This document shows positions 28,018 to 42,010 of a stretch of DNA of 64,000 nt, piece by piece; the first letter of the stretch is position 1, and every line of letters begins with the position of its first letter. The position numbers and the translations under genes were made by a program. Origin of the DNA: Eledone cirrhosa. Lineage: Eukaryota. The stretch is from NCBI GenBank assembly GCA_964016885.1, contig OZ024743.1, forward strand, positions 42,470,001-42,534,000, given 5' to 3'. The notes beneath the pieces are model-generated. The model had not been told where the DNA came from and ran no database searches. It saw nothing but the letters and a program-made list of their open reading frames with translations.

Positions 28018-28371
28018 TATAATACATTTCATATTAAAGTTATTAATAAACCTATTTTGCACTGCATGCAAATTACCATGAGATCATGATATTAGATATA
28101 AGATACAGCCGAATATCTACATCTGTAAAAGTACGAAAGCGAAGTAATGATAAATGGCTTAAGGTAATTCCAATATGAAAGTTTGCAGTGGTAAAAAGTT
28201 GATGATACAATACGATTGTTAATGTTATAGTTTGATGAAAATGTAACAATATATAACTAAATTATTTTAATATTAGTATATTTATAAAATTATCATTATA
28301 GATTTGATCGTTCATATAATCATCATATTAATTTTCAACACAATTATTTTGTTACTATGAGTATATGATAA

Positions 28372-28542
28372 TAATTGTTTCTACTTTAGGCACAAGGCCA
28401 GCAATTACCCAGTTCATTACTGGTACTTTATTTTATCGACCCCGTAAGGATGAAAGGAAAAGTCAACCTCGGCGGGATTTGAACTCAGATCGTAAAAGGA
28501 CGTAACTATGCTGGAAAGCATGGCGTCCGACCCTCTACCGAT
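28372..28542 (-). mobile_element. Meta-domain SINE, 5'-truncated
   Basis: B-box and GACTTTTCCTTTCATCCTTACGGGGTCGATAAAATAAAGTACCAG on the minus strand. Confidence 0.85.
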
Positions 28543-29775
28543 TACGTAATTATTTATAGCTCTTATTACATTAAACATAGATGTGTTTATTGTGATATTT
28601 TTATAAAGGATGCCACAGAATATATGATAGATAATGATTACAATATTTTTGAGTAACAACTCTAGTCCCACACTTTTGAAGTTTTATCATAACATTCTTT
28701 GGCTCTTTTGGGCTTGCGCATTTCTCATGTCTATATATTATACATAAGAATTTTCTGAAAACTACGCAACAAATATTTTAAGGAAAATATTTTTAATATT
28801 TTGTTCAGTCATTTATTATCAGAGGTTTCCGTCAACAATAATTCAAATGAAATTTGAGAGGTAATTAAGAATTGTGTTTAATGATGCCGTTCTGGGGTAA
28901 TAAGTGAAGGAATTGAACTTCAGTTGCATGCTTAGTACACACGGATATTAACCGATAAAGGCATCAAACTATAATGATAACATAAAACATTTAAGGGTGT
29001 GACATTAAAAAGATGCCAGAAATTATTCTACCTACTTCATTTTCATCAATCTTTAATAATTATAGAGAAAAAGAGGGTTATTTGCCGCGATAATTTGCCA
29101 AGAGAAAACTACCTGACGCACAATGGATGTATAATGAATTTTGCGAATCTATTGCCAAATAATTAAGGATTTCGTGGCATTAACCTGGTTAAATCTTAAC
29201 AATCATATTTTTCAAGTAAAGCAAGTAGAGAACAATCCCACTCAACATATTTCTGTTTGCCAACAATTTATTCAATTATACACAAAAAGCTGTTAATAAC
29301 TTAATCAGGTAATTTTATGGACTTTTAGCAATTTTCTCCGATGTCTTCCTTTATTATTTATGCTGAACTTCAAAAAAACAAATATTACACCGGAAATAAC
29401 ATTTTCTATTTTGACTGGTTTATTTCAAACGAAATTTCAAACAACTTATGCCTTCATCGATCTATGAATCATGATTTTCCCATCTTAAAAATAGAACTAA
29501 CAAACTTGTTTTTCTCTTAAAATTTAATGACATATCATTCTTTATTTACACTTGATATTATAATGAAATTATTCTCCTTAGTGAACATGTTTCTGTAGAA
29601 ATAAATCATTCAATTTTGAAGTCCTTTGTTTTCATAATGAATGATAAGTACGTAATTAGCAAACGAAGAGCTTATTACACGATTATATTTGTATTCAACC
29701 GCAACAATATGCTAAACCACTTCAGCAAACATACGTAATACGTTTTATTTGATTAGGATAAATATGTTTAAATAT

Positions 29776-29854
<79 letters not shown>

Positions 29855-29903
29855 AAGATTGTAGAATAACATGGTCGGCTGTACAACACGGGGATTTATT
29901 TCA

Positions 29904-30016
29904 AGTATTAACAATTGGTTCATTGATCAGGTGAGTCTAAAGGCCACAAATTACCTGAAGTTGCGTCACTCGGCCTTAAATACAGTGTTTGCCTCTGATC
30001 AAATCATCAGAATACT
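29904..30016 (-). ncRNA. Hammerhead ribozyme with ~82-nt stem II, A15.1C change
   Basis: Stem I AGTATT/AATACT, CTGATGA, T-TTGATCAG...CTGATCAA-T, GAAC-CAATTG-TT. Confidence 0.7.
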
Positions 30017-30523
30017 AGAGATTTCACATATAGCAATGGTACATATAGATACAACGTAGAATCAAAACAATAACATCAGTAATAAAATATAATGATAAAG
30101 AGGTAAAGAAGTTACAGATGTATAAAGTAAGTACAAAAAAATACTTTAAAAAAATATAGGTACAGAATACGATTGCTGATAATAGTGGTGGTAGTGAGTA
30201 AGTGTGTGTATAAATATGTGAGGGTGGAGATAATACTAACATGAAAAGCACCTTTAGATAAATACATTACATGCTGGTCAAATAGAAGTAGGCAATAAAA
30301 GGTAGTAACAAATGACAGATAAAATATAAAAAAATAATAAATTAAAAATTAAGTGTGAGATACGAGGATGAGACATAAGTAGTAGGTCTAAGGACGGGGA
30401 AGGAGAATGTGTATGTGTGCGTGGTAAATATATATATTTATATATATTTTTATTTATTTATTTATTATTTTATTTATTGTCATATATTTACGCTTTATCG
30501 AATGAAACGTAGGGATATGACAT

Positions 30524-30637
<114 letters not shown>

Positions 30638-30698
30638 CCCAAGGCTCTAATACCATCAACACTATAAACACAGAGCTGGCATATCTAAGAACTGACTA

Positions 30699-30754
30699 AC
30701 TGTCTGATGAGGTCATAGCCATTTAATGGCTATCATCGAAATATATATAGCAGT
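30699..30754 (+). ncRNA. Minimal type I hammerhead ribozyme
   Basis: ACTGT-CTGATGA-GGTCATAGCC..GGCTATCATC-GAAA-TATATA-TA-GCAGT. Confidence 0.85.
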
Positions 30755-30971
30755 AAATAAAGAATTATGAGTTCATGCAATTGACTTATGTTTCGTCACT
30801 ATATATATATATATATATATGCATGTGAATGTCATATCCCCTACGTTCGAAGTAGTAATAAATTTCATAAATCAATATATTAATATAACAAAGTAAAGTA
30901 TATATATACACACATACATACACATATATACATATAAATTTATAAATATATATATGTATATATATAAAATG

Positions 30972-31013
<42 letters not shown>

Positions 31014-31946
31014 ATATATATATACTTTACTTTGTTATATTAATATATTGATTTCTAAAATGTATTACTACTTGGAAGTTGAGTACTGTGGGAGAAATTC
31101 TTCAAAATTGACTTCAGTATTCTAAGTTTGTATGAATAATTTTTTAAACCATTTTATATATTTACAAATCAGAGTTATTTGCAATTAATATGGTAAAATG
31201 TAATGAAATATATCGATATAAAAACTTAGCAAGAGAAATAATTGTTGCAAATGTTCTAACGATGATTATAACGACAGAAAGCTGTTAATCACTGAATTAA
31301 AATATAAAGTAGGCAGCCACTAATTAATACAACGAGCATCTTCATTAAGTCCCTCATTAATTGATCCTGCTGGCTATATATTAAATTCTTCGATTTCTTT
31401 AGATTTACTTCCTTCAAGGAAATGCTCAATTTCTTAGAATTCAAGAACATTTATTACACATTCAATGGAATACTGTAAAGATGGAATTGCAGAAATCCAG
31501 GCGATATCCTGCGGCCCACTAATAAAATTTCTGGTTTATACATTGTTTGAATCAATGTTCAATACACGTTACTGCTTCAGAATACAAAGTAAAACGAACA
31601 TATTTTGTTCTTTCAAACGAAATAACATTTTTTATAACTCTAGTAGTCGTATTTTTGCAATAAACACATACACAAACACACACACACATATATACATATA
31701 TATATATATATATAGTTTTGTAAGGTTTTTTATATGAAATCGTGTGTCGAAACAAATATTGTTATACTTGGGGAGGGTCATATTTGTGTAATATTGCCAG
31801 AATTAATAACAGAACACACTCACTGTTTGGTTGGTTTTCGCTTCTCGCTTCTGTGTCTTTTATATCGGTAATCTAACTTACTCGGTCCTCAATGTTGCCA
31901 TTGACTGACCGACGGTCAAAAATAATACAGATACAATATAGACACA

Positions 31947-32009
31947 AGCACATATATATAGTTTATCATAAATCTTTCGTTGCACATCTGCAACATCGTC
32001 AGTAGTGTT
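31947..32009 (-). ncRNA. Type I hammerhead ribozyme
   Basis: AACACTA-CTGACGA-T-GTTGCA GATG TGCAAC-GAAAG(A)TTTATGATAAAC-TA-TATATATGTGCT. Confidence 0.7.
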
Positions 32010-32659
32010 ATCGTTTCCTCCTGTTGTATTATATGTCTACGCCATTTTTATTCAGTCTGTCTATATATTTATTTATTTATTTGCTTGTTTGTTTATTTTA
32101 TTTTGTCTTCTTTACGCATGCGTTTGCGTGTGTGTAGTGTTTTGTTTGCTGTGTGATGGGTGACTAGTGTGTGTTTATGTGCTTGTTGTTATTGTGTTTG
32201 TGTATGTATTTATTTATTTATTTATTTATTTTATTTTATTTACTTATTTATACTTCTCTTAGGTCAGTGTTGTTTGTTTGGGTGTTGTTGTTATTCCATT
32301 CATTCTTTCTGTTTAGTCTTGGCCTTCTAATTTCTATTTCACTGGCCTCTCTGATTTGCCTATCTGCTGGCTCATTTCTATGTATAGATATTATTCTAAT
32401 TTCTGTGTTGTCTATGTTATCGTCATGTTGTTGTCTAGCATGTTCGTATAGTACTGACCCGTTTTTTCGTCCTTTTAGTTCCCCCAGTGTTGATCTATCC
32501 TTTCACCCATGCTACGAGCTGTCTCACCTATGTATGTTGTTGTCATGTTTCTGCAAGTACCCTCTGTACATCTTATGCTATAGACTACGTTTCTAGTTTT
32601 ACAGTTTATCCGGGGGTTTACCTTACATATGATACACCTCCTATTGGTACATAGCTATT

Positions 32660-32977
32660 CCTTGATTTGCTCCTGTATAATGGGCAAATTCCTTTCATGT
32701 CCAGTTCTATGAGGGTCTTATACTTCTCCATGGCTCCTTCGTATACCCGAAGTGTTGTATGTGTCTTTCCATTTCTGTTGGGTCGCACATGCGGGACACA
32801 TTCTTCATCACTCGTACCAAAACTGCGATCAGAATATTAAACTTAGCACTACTGGACATTGCTGAGTTTTTGAGTATCAGGTATTTGGAGGTCATGGGTT
32901 TAGCATAGTGTGAGTGGAGAATTTGGGCTCTCTCGTCTATAGTGTTAATCCAGAGTTCTGTGTCTAATACAGGTAGT
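32660..32977 (-). pseudogene. Naiad-like PLE RT C-terminal fragment
   Basis: LPVLDTELW...HSHYAKPMTSKYLILKNSAMSSSAKFNIL...RVMKNVS, then after an apparent deletion/frameshift RVYEGAMEKY...DMKGICPLYRSK; these match Naiad/Chlamys RT-thumb motifs as I recall them. Confidence 0.65.
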
Positions 32978-33244
32978 CAAACAAACAACACTGACCTAAG
33001 AGAAGTATAAATAAGTAAATAAAATAAAATAAATAAATAAATAAATAAATACACAAACACAATAACAACAAGCACATAAACACACACTAGTCACCCATCA
33101 CACAGCAAACAAAACACTACACACACGCAAACGCATGCGCAAAGAAGACAAAATAAAATAAACAAACAAGCAAATAAATAAATAAATATATAGACAGACT
33201 GAATAAAAATGACGTAGACATATAATACAACAGGAGGAAACGAT

Positions 33245-33307
33245 AACACCACTGACGATGTTGCAGATGTGCAACGAAAGATTTATGATAAACTATATAT
33301 ATGTGTT
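33245..33307 (+). ncRNA. Type I hammerhead ribozyme (inverted-arm copy)
   Basis: AACACCA-CTGACGA-T-GTTGCA GATG TGCAAC-GAAAG...CTA-TATATATGTGTT. Confidence 0.65.
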
Positions 33308-33490
33308 TGTGTCTATATTGTATCTGTATTATTTTTGACCGTCGGTCAGTCAATGGCAACATTGAGGTCCGAGTAAGTTAGATTACCGATATAAAAGACA
33401 CAGAAGCGAGAAGCGAAAACCAACCAAAAAGTGAGTGTGTTCTGTTATTAATTCTGGCAATATTACACAAATATGACCCTCCCCAAGTAT

Positions 33491-33529
<39 letters not shown>

Positions 33530-33644
33530 AACATATATATATATATTCTTACATATATATATACATATATATATATATTTACACGCACACTCACCCACAT
33601 ATATATATATATATACATATATATACACACACACACGCACACAC

Positions 33645-33684
<40 letters not shown>

Positions 33685-33691
33685 ACACACA

Positions 33692-33806
<115 letters not shown>

Positions 33807-33983
33807 GTATCCATTGTAAGTTGTGGGGTCTATTCTGTATGAAGAACTCAATGTAATCCATATGTTGAAAATGTTGTAGGTTAAGATAAATCTCAGAATA
33901 CAATAAAACATAAAAAGGAAAACAGAGTCATTATATAAGTTAAAACAATGAAATAAAAAATCAAGTCATTAGAGATATACTTC

Positions 33984-34119
33984 ACTGCTTTATGATCGTT
34001 TCTAGATGGTGTTAATACATTGTATCTATACTCAGTTATTGATCTATGTAAGTTTACAAACTATCAGATAGAGAGAATATTTACTTACATGCTTATCACC
34101 AGCTGTTTTCAAAAGCAAT
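33984..34119 (-). ncRNA. Hammerhead ribozyme, U3-A8 core, ~103-nt stem II
   Basis: Stem I ATTGCTT/AAGCAGT, TTGAAAA, C-AGCTGGTG...CACCATCT-A, GAAAC-GATC-ATA. Confidence 0.7.
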
Positions 34120-34425
34120 AATAATTTTACTCAAAATTAGTACCATGTCCATATTTGGAGGTAGTTGAAGAACTAACGAATCAAATTGTTTTTTTCATAT
34201 GGTATACAGATGAAAAGTAATACACTTTAGTTGAAGTCATGAACCTTTGAAAGGAATGGTTTCCTTGATGTTACCTTAGATCTCTCTACGAATACTTATC
34301 AACCATACCACAAACCTAATAAGAATCTACATTATGTACATTCACGATCTAACCACCCAGGCTCTATACTCAAGAACTTAGTATATAACATTTCTCTTAG
34401 ACTTTCTATATTATCTTCCACACAC

Positions 34426-34456
<31 letters not shown>

Positions 34457-34917
34457 TACATACATACATACATACATACATACATACCCCCATATATACA
34501 TATACATATACAGATACATACACATATACAAACACACACATATATATATATACACACACACATACATACATACATATATACATGTACATACATATAGACA
34601 CACACATACATACATACATACATATATACATATACATATACACATATATACATATATATACACATATATATATATATACATATATATATGTATATACATA
34701 TATGTACACATAGGTACACACACATATATATATATACATATACAACACACACACACATACACATATATATATATATACACACTTGTGTGAGCATATGTAC
34801 ACCCTTCTTACATGTGCACATACTCATATATAAACATTCATACATCTATACTCATATATACTCACACACAAACACATATATACACATATATATAAATATA
34901 TATATATACATACACAT

Positions 34918-34964
<47 letters not shown>

Positions 34965-34973
34965 TATACACAC

Positions 34974-35050
<77 letters not shown>

Positions 35051-35233
35051 TATATACACACATATATACATATACATATACATACATACACACATACATA
35101 CACAAGCATATACATATATACACATATACACATACATAAACATATATATATACATAATATGTATGTATGTGTATGTGTGTATGTATGTATATGTATATGT
35201 ATGTGTATATATATATATATATGTATATATATG

Positions 35234-35266
<33 letters not shown>

Positions 35267-35523
35267 GTATGTACACGTACATAAATATATGTATACAGAC
35301 GTACAGTAGTATGTATATATATATACATACATGCACACATATATATATATATATATGTACGTATGGATTCACCGAACATTTATTATAATGCTCGGTGTGT
35401 TTGTAAACAAACATCCCGTATTAAGCCGTAGTGTCCAGCAACCATCGTTGCTCGTTTGTTCAACACTGACAAAGGAATGCTGTACTATATATATATATAT
35501 ATAACAATCTGGCAGGAAGGTAT

Positions 35524-35566
35524 ACGTTGCTGGCGATAGCTAATAAGCTTGAAACTAGTACAGCGT
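35524..35566 (+). ncRNA. Minimal hammerhead, mutated core (CTGGCGA)
   Basis: Copy of 35946-35988 with an A6G change. Confidence 0.65.
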
Positions 35567-35945
35567 TCCTTTGTCAGTGTTGAACAAACGAGCAACGATG
35601 GTTGCTGGACACTACGGCTTAATACGGGATGTTTGGTTACAAACACACCGAGCATTATAATAAATGTTCGGTGAATCCATACGTACATATATATATGTGT
35701 GCATGTATGTATATATATATATACATACTACTGTACGTCTGTATACATATATCTATGTACGTGTACATACTTATATTTAAGTAACAGCCGTACTAAGTGT
35801 GGGAAATGAAATTTAGTTTCAGTTTTTCCGTTTATCGTTTTCGGTGCACCCGGCCGATTAACCCACTCGATATGCAAATTGGGCTACTCAGCCGTTAATA
35901 TTCATAAGGTAAGTATATACGTTCAACAATCTGGCAGGAAGGTAT

Positions 35946-35988
35946 ACGTTGCTGACGATAGCTAATAAGCTTGAAACTAGTACAGCGT
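35946..35988 (+). ncRNA. Minimal type I hammerhead ribozyme (43 nt)
   Basis: ACGTTG-CTGACGA-T-AGCT AATA AGCT-T-GAAAC-TA-GTA-CAGCGT. Confidence 0.85.
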
Positions 35989-36318
35989 TCCTTTGTCAGT
36001 GTTAAACAAACGAGCAAACGATGGTTTGATGGACACTACGGCTTAATACGTGATGTTTGTTTACAAACATAACGAGAATTATAATAAATGTTCGATGAAT
36101 CCAGACGTACATATATATATATATGTGTGCATGTATGTATATATACATACTACTGTACATCTGTATACATATATGTATGTACGTGTACATACTTATATTT
36201 AAGTAACAGCCGTATTAAGAGTGGGAAATGGAATTTCGTTTCATTTTTTCTGTGTATATATATATACATATATATATATACATATATATATATAAAATAA
36301 AGTAAAATAAAAAGTCAA

Positions 36319-36409
<91 letters not shown>

Positions 36410-36539
36410 CATATATATATACATATATATATATACATATATATATACATATATATATATACATATATATATATACATATATATATATAAAATAAAGTAA
36501 AATAAAAAGTCAAATGTTTAAAATTTTGCTTCGTTTATT

Positions 36540-36594
36540 ACTGCTATATATATTTCGGTGACAGCTATCTTTGGCTGTGACCTCTTCAGGCAGT
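36540..36594 (-). ncRNA. Minimal type I hammerhead ribozyme
   Basis: ACTGC-CTGAAGA-GGTCACAGC..GCTGTCACC-GAAA-TATATA-TA-GCAGT; homologous to 30699; host element 36490-37040 has short inverted ends. Confidence 0.85.
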
Positions 36595-37134
36595 CCGAAT
36601 TAGTGTGATATAGACAAGTACATATGTTGTTGAGGTGTATAATTTTGTCAATACTCTGATATGCCCAGTTCCTGGTTGGGTTGTTATTTCACTGAAATAA
36701 TCATATGAATTTAAAAAAACGATTTTCAGTGTCAAAGGGCCTCTTCTCCTTTCATTGGTCAGTTGTTAGAACATTTATCATTCAAAAGTCTATAGAAATT
36801 CGTTCTGAGGCAAGCCAATCTGTAGTTGTTGTTCTTGTTATTGTTAGGTACATCTGACCTCAAATCTTGTGTTGGTAGTGTTGTTATTGTTGGAGTTAGG
36901 TTAAAAAATTGATAAAGTGGTAGAAGGAACAAAATAACAAAAAAATGTCAAACTTCCCATTGGTCAGTTTTGAGATCATTCCTCAGTCAGAAGTCTATAG
37001 AAATTTTAAACATTTGACTTTTTATTTTACTTTATTTTACATTACTCCGGAGTAACCAAACCAACCTGCTCACTTCGTCGAGTGCTCCAGCCTGCATACT
37101 GAGGTGTTAATATACAACCAACATATACTCAAAA

Positions 37135-37167
<33 letters not shown>

Positions 37168-37222
37168 GTGTGTATATATATATGTGTATATATATATATG
37201 TATGTGTGTGTGTATGTGTATG

Positions 37223-37259
<37 letters not shown>

Positions 37260-37472
37260 ATGTGTATGTATACATGTGTTTGTGTGTGTGTATATGTGAG
37301 TATAGATGTATGAATGTTTATATATAAGTATGTGCACATGTAAGAAGAGTGTACATATGCTCACACAAGTGTCTGTATATATATATATATATGTGTGTGT
37401 GTATGTGTGTGTTTGTGTTGTATATGTATATATATATATGTGTGTGTATGTATGTGTATATATATGTATATA

Positions 37473-37523
<51 letters not shown>

Positions 37524-37620
37524 TGAAGTTTCCGTTGAAAATTGAAAAAGTCACAGGAGTGAAGAATGCTCTATGTAAGTACCAGAGCAAAATTTAATGT
37601 TTAAAAAACAATACAATATA

Positions 37621-37697
37621 ATTACCTCATTACCAGCGGTTTCCCGAATAAGACGAATACGAAAAAACGTCTTCATTCGTTCGTAGGAGGAGGCAAT
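37621..37697 (-). ncRNA. Decayed hammerhead ribozyme
   Basis: Stem I ATTGCCTC/GAGGTAAT, core mutated to CCTACGA, stem II CGAATGAAGACG/CGTCTTATTCG, GAAACC-GCT-GGTA. Confidence 0.55.
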
Positions 37698-37957
37698 ATA
37701 TAACATAGTGAAATATTTGGAAAGTCTCCTCAAGTAATGCAAAAAAAATTATATATATATAAATAAAGGTAATGCAATAGACATATAAAATATATAAACA
37801 AATTTTTAAGGAAAAATAGTTAGGTGTGTGTATATGTATGTATATACACTCACAGATGTACATATGCATGTATGTACAAATGCGTGTGTATAGTGAAAAT
37901 GTGTCCGTAAATATATGTATGAGGGCAAGTATATCTGTGTATATGTAACCACAATAC

Positions 37958-38052
<95 letters not shown>

Positions 38053-38155
38053 ATATATGTATATATGTGTATATGTGTATGTATGTATGTATGTATGTAT
38101 GTATGTATGTGTGTGTGTGTCTATATGAATGTACATGTACATATGTATGTATGTA

Positions 38156-38204
<49 letters not shown>

Positions 38205-38933
38205 ATATGTGTATGTATCTGTATATGTATATGTATATATGCGGGATTAGATGTGTATGCGTGGATATAGATATATATGGATATGTATATATATGATTTT
38301 ATGCATACGTGTATGTATATTTTGGTTAGATATCAATATAACTGTACCTCTCTTTATATGTGGTGTGAATATGTGCACTTTGTAAACTATGAAATTTATG
38401 TGTTTTAACTATGCCAAAATGTACTTATCTGATTTCGATTGTTTATGCATAAACATACTTAGTAATATTTTAGAGCGTATAATATGTTATATTATACTGA
38501 GTGCAATTTAACACACTGTACTACATGCTGTTGGTTAAGTTGTATATTACCGCATTACTATATCACATTATCTTATTATAATTTTCATATTTTAATATAC
38601 TATCTTTCGTAGCCATAACATTAATTTATATTCATCTTAAAACTCAATACAACACTAATCACCATTTATTTTGACATTCCTTTTAAATTCACTATAAAAG
38701 ATACAATCAACTATCAGTTTGACAATCCCCTTCCATCCTCGTAGATTTTTATGCCATTTCTACTAACACCTTTCAACCATTCCTTTCAAAGGGACATGAC
38801 CTTAACTAAAGTGTATTACTTTTCATCTTAACACCATATGAAAAAAAACTATTTGATTCGTTAGTTCTTCAACTACCTACAAATAGGGACATGATACTAA
38901 TTCTGAGTAAAATTATTATTGAATAAAATTATT

Positions 38934-39069
38934 ATTGCTTTTGAAAACAGCTGGTGATATGCATGTAAATAAATATTCCCTCTATCTGATAGTTTATAAA
39001 CTTACATAGATCAATAACTGAGTATAGATACAATGTATTATCACCATCTAGAAACGATCGTAAACTAGT
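38934..39069 (+). ncRNA. Hammerhead ribozyme, U3-A8 core, long stem II
   Basis: ATTGCTT-TTGAAAA-CAGCTGGTGATA...TATCACCATCTA-GAAAC-GATC-GTA-AACTAGT. Confidence 0.7.
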
Positions 39070-39421
39070 GAAGTATATCTCTAATAACTTGATTTTTTAT
39101 TTCATTGTTTTAACTCATATATATTCTTTCTTTATCTCTCCCTTTCTTTCTCCACTTTTCTCTCTCTCGGTTTTTCTCTCTCTACGTCTTTTTTCCTTCT
39201 CCGTAACACAACGACTTACTAAGATAAACAAATCTACTATCCCTGATATCTTCCAAAAGTAACGGTTGCATTTTGAAATGGAATGTCAATATTTATTTAT
39301 AAAACTGGTATATATTGTATTTTGTCTGATGAAAGCATACCATAATTTAACATGGTATCCTTGAAATATGTATAATAAAATAGATATGGTTTTATAAATA
39401 TAGTTTCCATTTGTTAATATC

Positions 39422-39497
<76 letters not shown>

Positions 39498-39544
39498 TAA
39501 AAGAGAAAACACAGGTAAGCATTAAGAGAAGGATTTAATCCAGG

Positions 39545-39646
39545 TATTTACGACCGTTTCATTGGTAAGTGCAACCTTATATTGCTATACTGCAAATAGC
39601 AGCCACTCAATTATAATTGTTGTTCACAGTCCAAATATTCAAAATA
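39545..39646 (-). ncRNA. Hammerhead copy of 43803-43904, core decayed to TTGAATA
   Basis: Near-identical reverse complement of 43803-43904. Confidence 0.55.
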
Positions 39647-39961
39647 GTGAGTTACTCTTGAAATAATTCTTAATATATAGAGAACAACATTTATTTTGAA
39701 TTGCATTTACTAGTTTAGAGAGAGAGGAATGAGGAGGTGAGGGGACAGACGGCATAGTATAGAGAGAGAGGAAGGGGGAAGAGGTAGGAAGTAGAATGAC
39801 AAACTGAGGTGGAGGTAGGGGTAGAGGTGGAAGGATTCTTTGGTCAGTTTTTATAGCAGACATCATGTCGTGGTGTGTAGTGAGTTAAAGAGAATTAAAT
39901 AGATAATAGTGGGAGGGATGGATACAGAGGGAGAGAGAGAGAGAGGGGGAGATATAAAGAG

Positions 39962-40057
<96 letters not shown>

Positions 40058-40107
40058 CGTATAATAAGAACATTTTAAAAATTAAAAATTAACTTACTAA
40101 AATTTTC

Positions 40108-40189
40108 ACTCCAACTAATTAGTTTCTGTAATGGGATAAAGATAGTTACGTAATATAACTGTCGAGAATTCATTACGTCATCAGAGAGT
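40108..40189 (-). ncRNA. Type I hammerhead ribozyme
   Basis: ACTCT-CTGATGA-C-GTAATG...CATTAC-A-GAAAC-TAATTA-GTT-GGAGT. Confidence 0.85.
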
Positions 40190-40644
40190 CTATTCTCAGC
40201 TAAGTCTCCAGGCAATGCGCGGACACTAGGGACTCATATAAAAATAATAATTCGATGGATGGAACAGCTAGCGAGGACTGAATTCCAAAGCACTGAAAAA
40301 GTTCACTGCTTCTTGTCAAATGGCAGATTCTAAAGAATCAATCACGTGACACTGAGGCTAGTCGGAAGGAGTGGGGTTGTAAAATGACAAACCTTACTAC
40401 CACCACAATAAGTTAGTAGTGGATTTGGCAGGTTTTCTCAACAAATAAATAATTTGGAGATAAATATAGAGAATTAGTATATTTACGAACATATGCGTAC
40501 AGATGTACACTAATGCTAGCAAATACATAAGTTATGTCATCGTACCTAGGTGGTTCAATGCAGGAGGATGCAGAACAATTATATGAAAGACGTAAAATAA
40601 GAAAATTTTAAAAATTAAAAATTAAGTTACTTACTAAAATTTTC

Positions 40645-40726
40645 ACTCTAACTAATTAGTTTCTGTAATGGGATAAAGATAGTTACGTAATATAACTGTC
40701 GAGAATTCATTACGTCATCAGGGAGT
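40645..40726 (-). ncRNA. Type I hammerhead ribozyme
   Basis: ACTCC-CTGATGA-C-GTAATG...CATTAC-A-GAAAC-TAATTA-GTT-AGAGT (first stem I pair mismatched). Confidence 0.75.
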
Positions 40727-41297
40727 CTATTCTCAGCTAAGTCTCCAGGCAATGCGCGGACACTAGGGACTCATATAAAAATAATAATAATTCGGTGGAT
40801 CGAACAGCTAGCGAGGAATGAATTCCAAAGCACTGAAAAAGTTCACTGCTTCTGGTCAAATGGCAGATTCTAAAGAATCAATCACGTGACACTGAGGCTA
40901 GTCGGAAGGAGTGGGGTAGTAAAATGACAAAGCCTACTACCACCACAATAAGTTAGTAGTGGATTTGGCAAGTTTGCTCATATGTACGCATATGTTCGTA
41001 AATATACTAATTCTCTATATTTATCTCCAAATTATTTATTTGTTGACCAAACCTGCCAAATCCACTACTAACTTATTGTGGTGGTAGTAGGGTTTGTCAT
41101 TTTACTACCCCACTCCTTCCGACTAGCCTCAGTGTCACGTGATTGATTCTTTAGAATCTGCCATTTGACCAGAAGCAGTGAACTTTTTCAGTGCTTTGGA
41201 ATTCAGTCCTCGCTAGCTGTTCGATCCACCGAATTATTATTATTTTTATATGAGTCCCTAGTGTCCGCGCATTGCCTGGAGACTTAGCTGAGAATAG

Positions 41298-41379
41298 ACT
41301 CCCAGATGACGTAATGAATTCTCGACAGTTATATTACGTAACTATCTTTATCCCATTACAGAAACTAATTAGTTGGAGT
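41298..41379 (+). ncRNA. Hammerhead copy with mutated core (CAGATGA)
   Basis: Same fold with a U4A change. Confidence 0.65.
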
Positions 41380-41548
41380 GAACATTTTAGTAAGTAAGTT
41401 AATTTTTAATTTCAAAAAATTCCTTATTTTACGTCTTTCATATAATTGTTCTGCATCCTCCTGCATTGAACCACCTAGGTACTATGACATAACTTATGTA
41501 TTTGCTAGCATTAGTGTACATATGTACGCATATGTTCGTAAATATACT

Positions 41549-41649
<101 letters not shown>

Positions 41650-41676
41650 TATATAAACATACACATACACACAGAC

Positions 41677-41707
<31 letters not shown>

Positions 41708-41889
41708 CATACACACACACACACAAACATATATATATACAGTATTTTCCGTAGTGTTGTAATATAAATATTACACACAGTAGATGGACAGCTCACGTAG
41801 AGTTTGCTCGACGGTTCCAGTTGTAGTTCCAAAAGTAATCCGGAGAAAAATAGAAGGATTTAAATGGATACAGTTTAGTTAAAAGGAAT

Positions 41890-42010
41890 TTATTGACACG
41901 TGTTTCAATAACAGTTACATAACCTGAAAACAGCTGCTATCTACAAAGTATTAGTTATGCAGACATTCAATATTTCAATGTTATTATCAACTGTCATTTC
42001 ATCAGAATAA
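41890..42010 (-). ncRNA. Type I hammerhead ribozyme with ~92-nt stem II domain
   Basis: TTATT-CTGATGA-AATGACAGTT...AACTGTTATT-GAAAC-ACGT-GTC-AATAA. Confidence 0.85.

Larger units (their letters stand above)
31756..33498 (-). mobile_element. Truncated Naiad-like PLE flanked by ~520-bp inverted terminal repeats
   Basis: Arms 31756-32280 and 32978-33498 are reverse complements, each with an HHR; interior encodes an RT thumb-region fragment. Confidence 0.8.
35503..36250 (+). mobile_element. Non-coding tandem 422-nt HHR-bearing unit (about 1.75 copies); inverted partial copy at 35265-35487
   Basis: ACAATCTGGCAGGAAGGTATACG repeats with period ~422, one HHR per unit, embedded in (TA)n. Confidence 0.85.
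33895..39125. repeat. Large imperfect inverted repeat of an HHR-bearing non-coding element with nested insertions
   Basis: ~33930-34300 is the reverse complement of ~38770-39120; 34410-34960 matches 37130-37470 and 38030-38240 in reverse complement. Confidence 0.75.
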
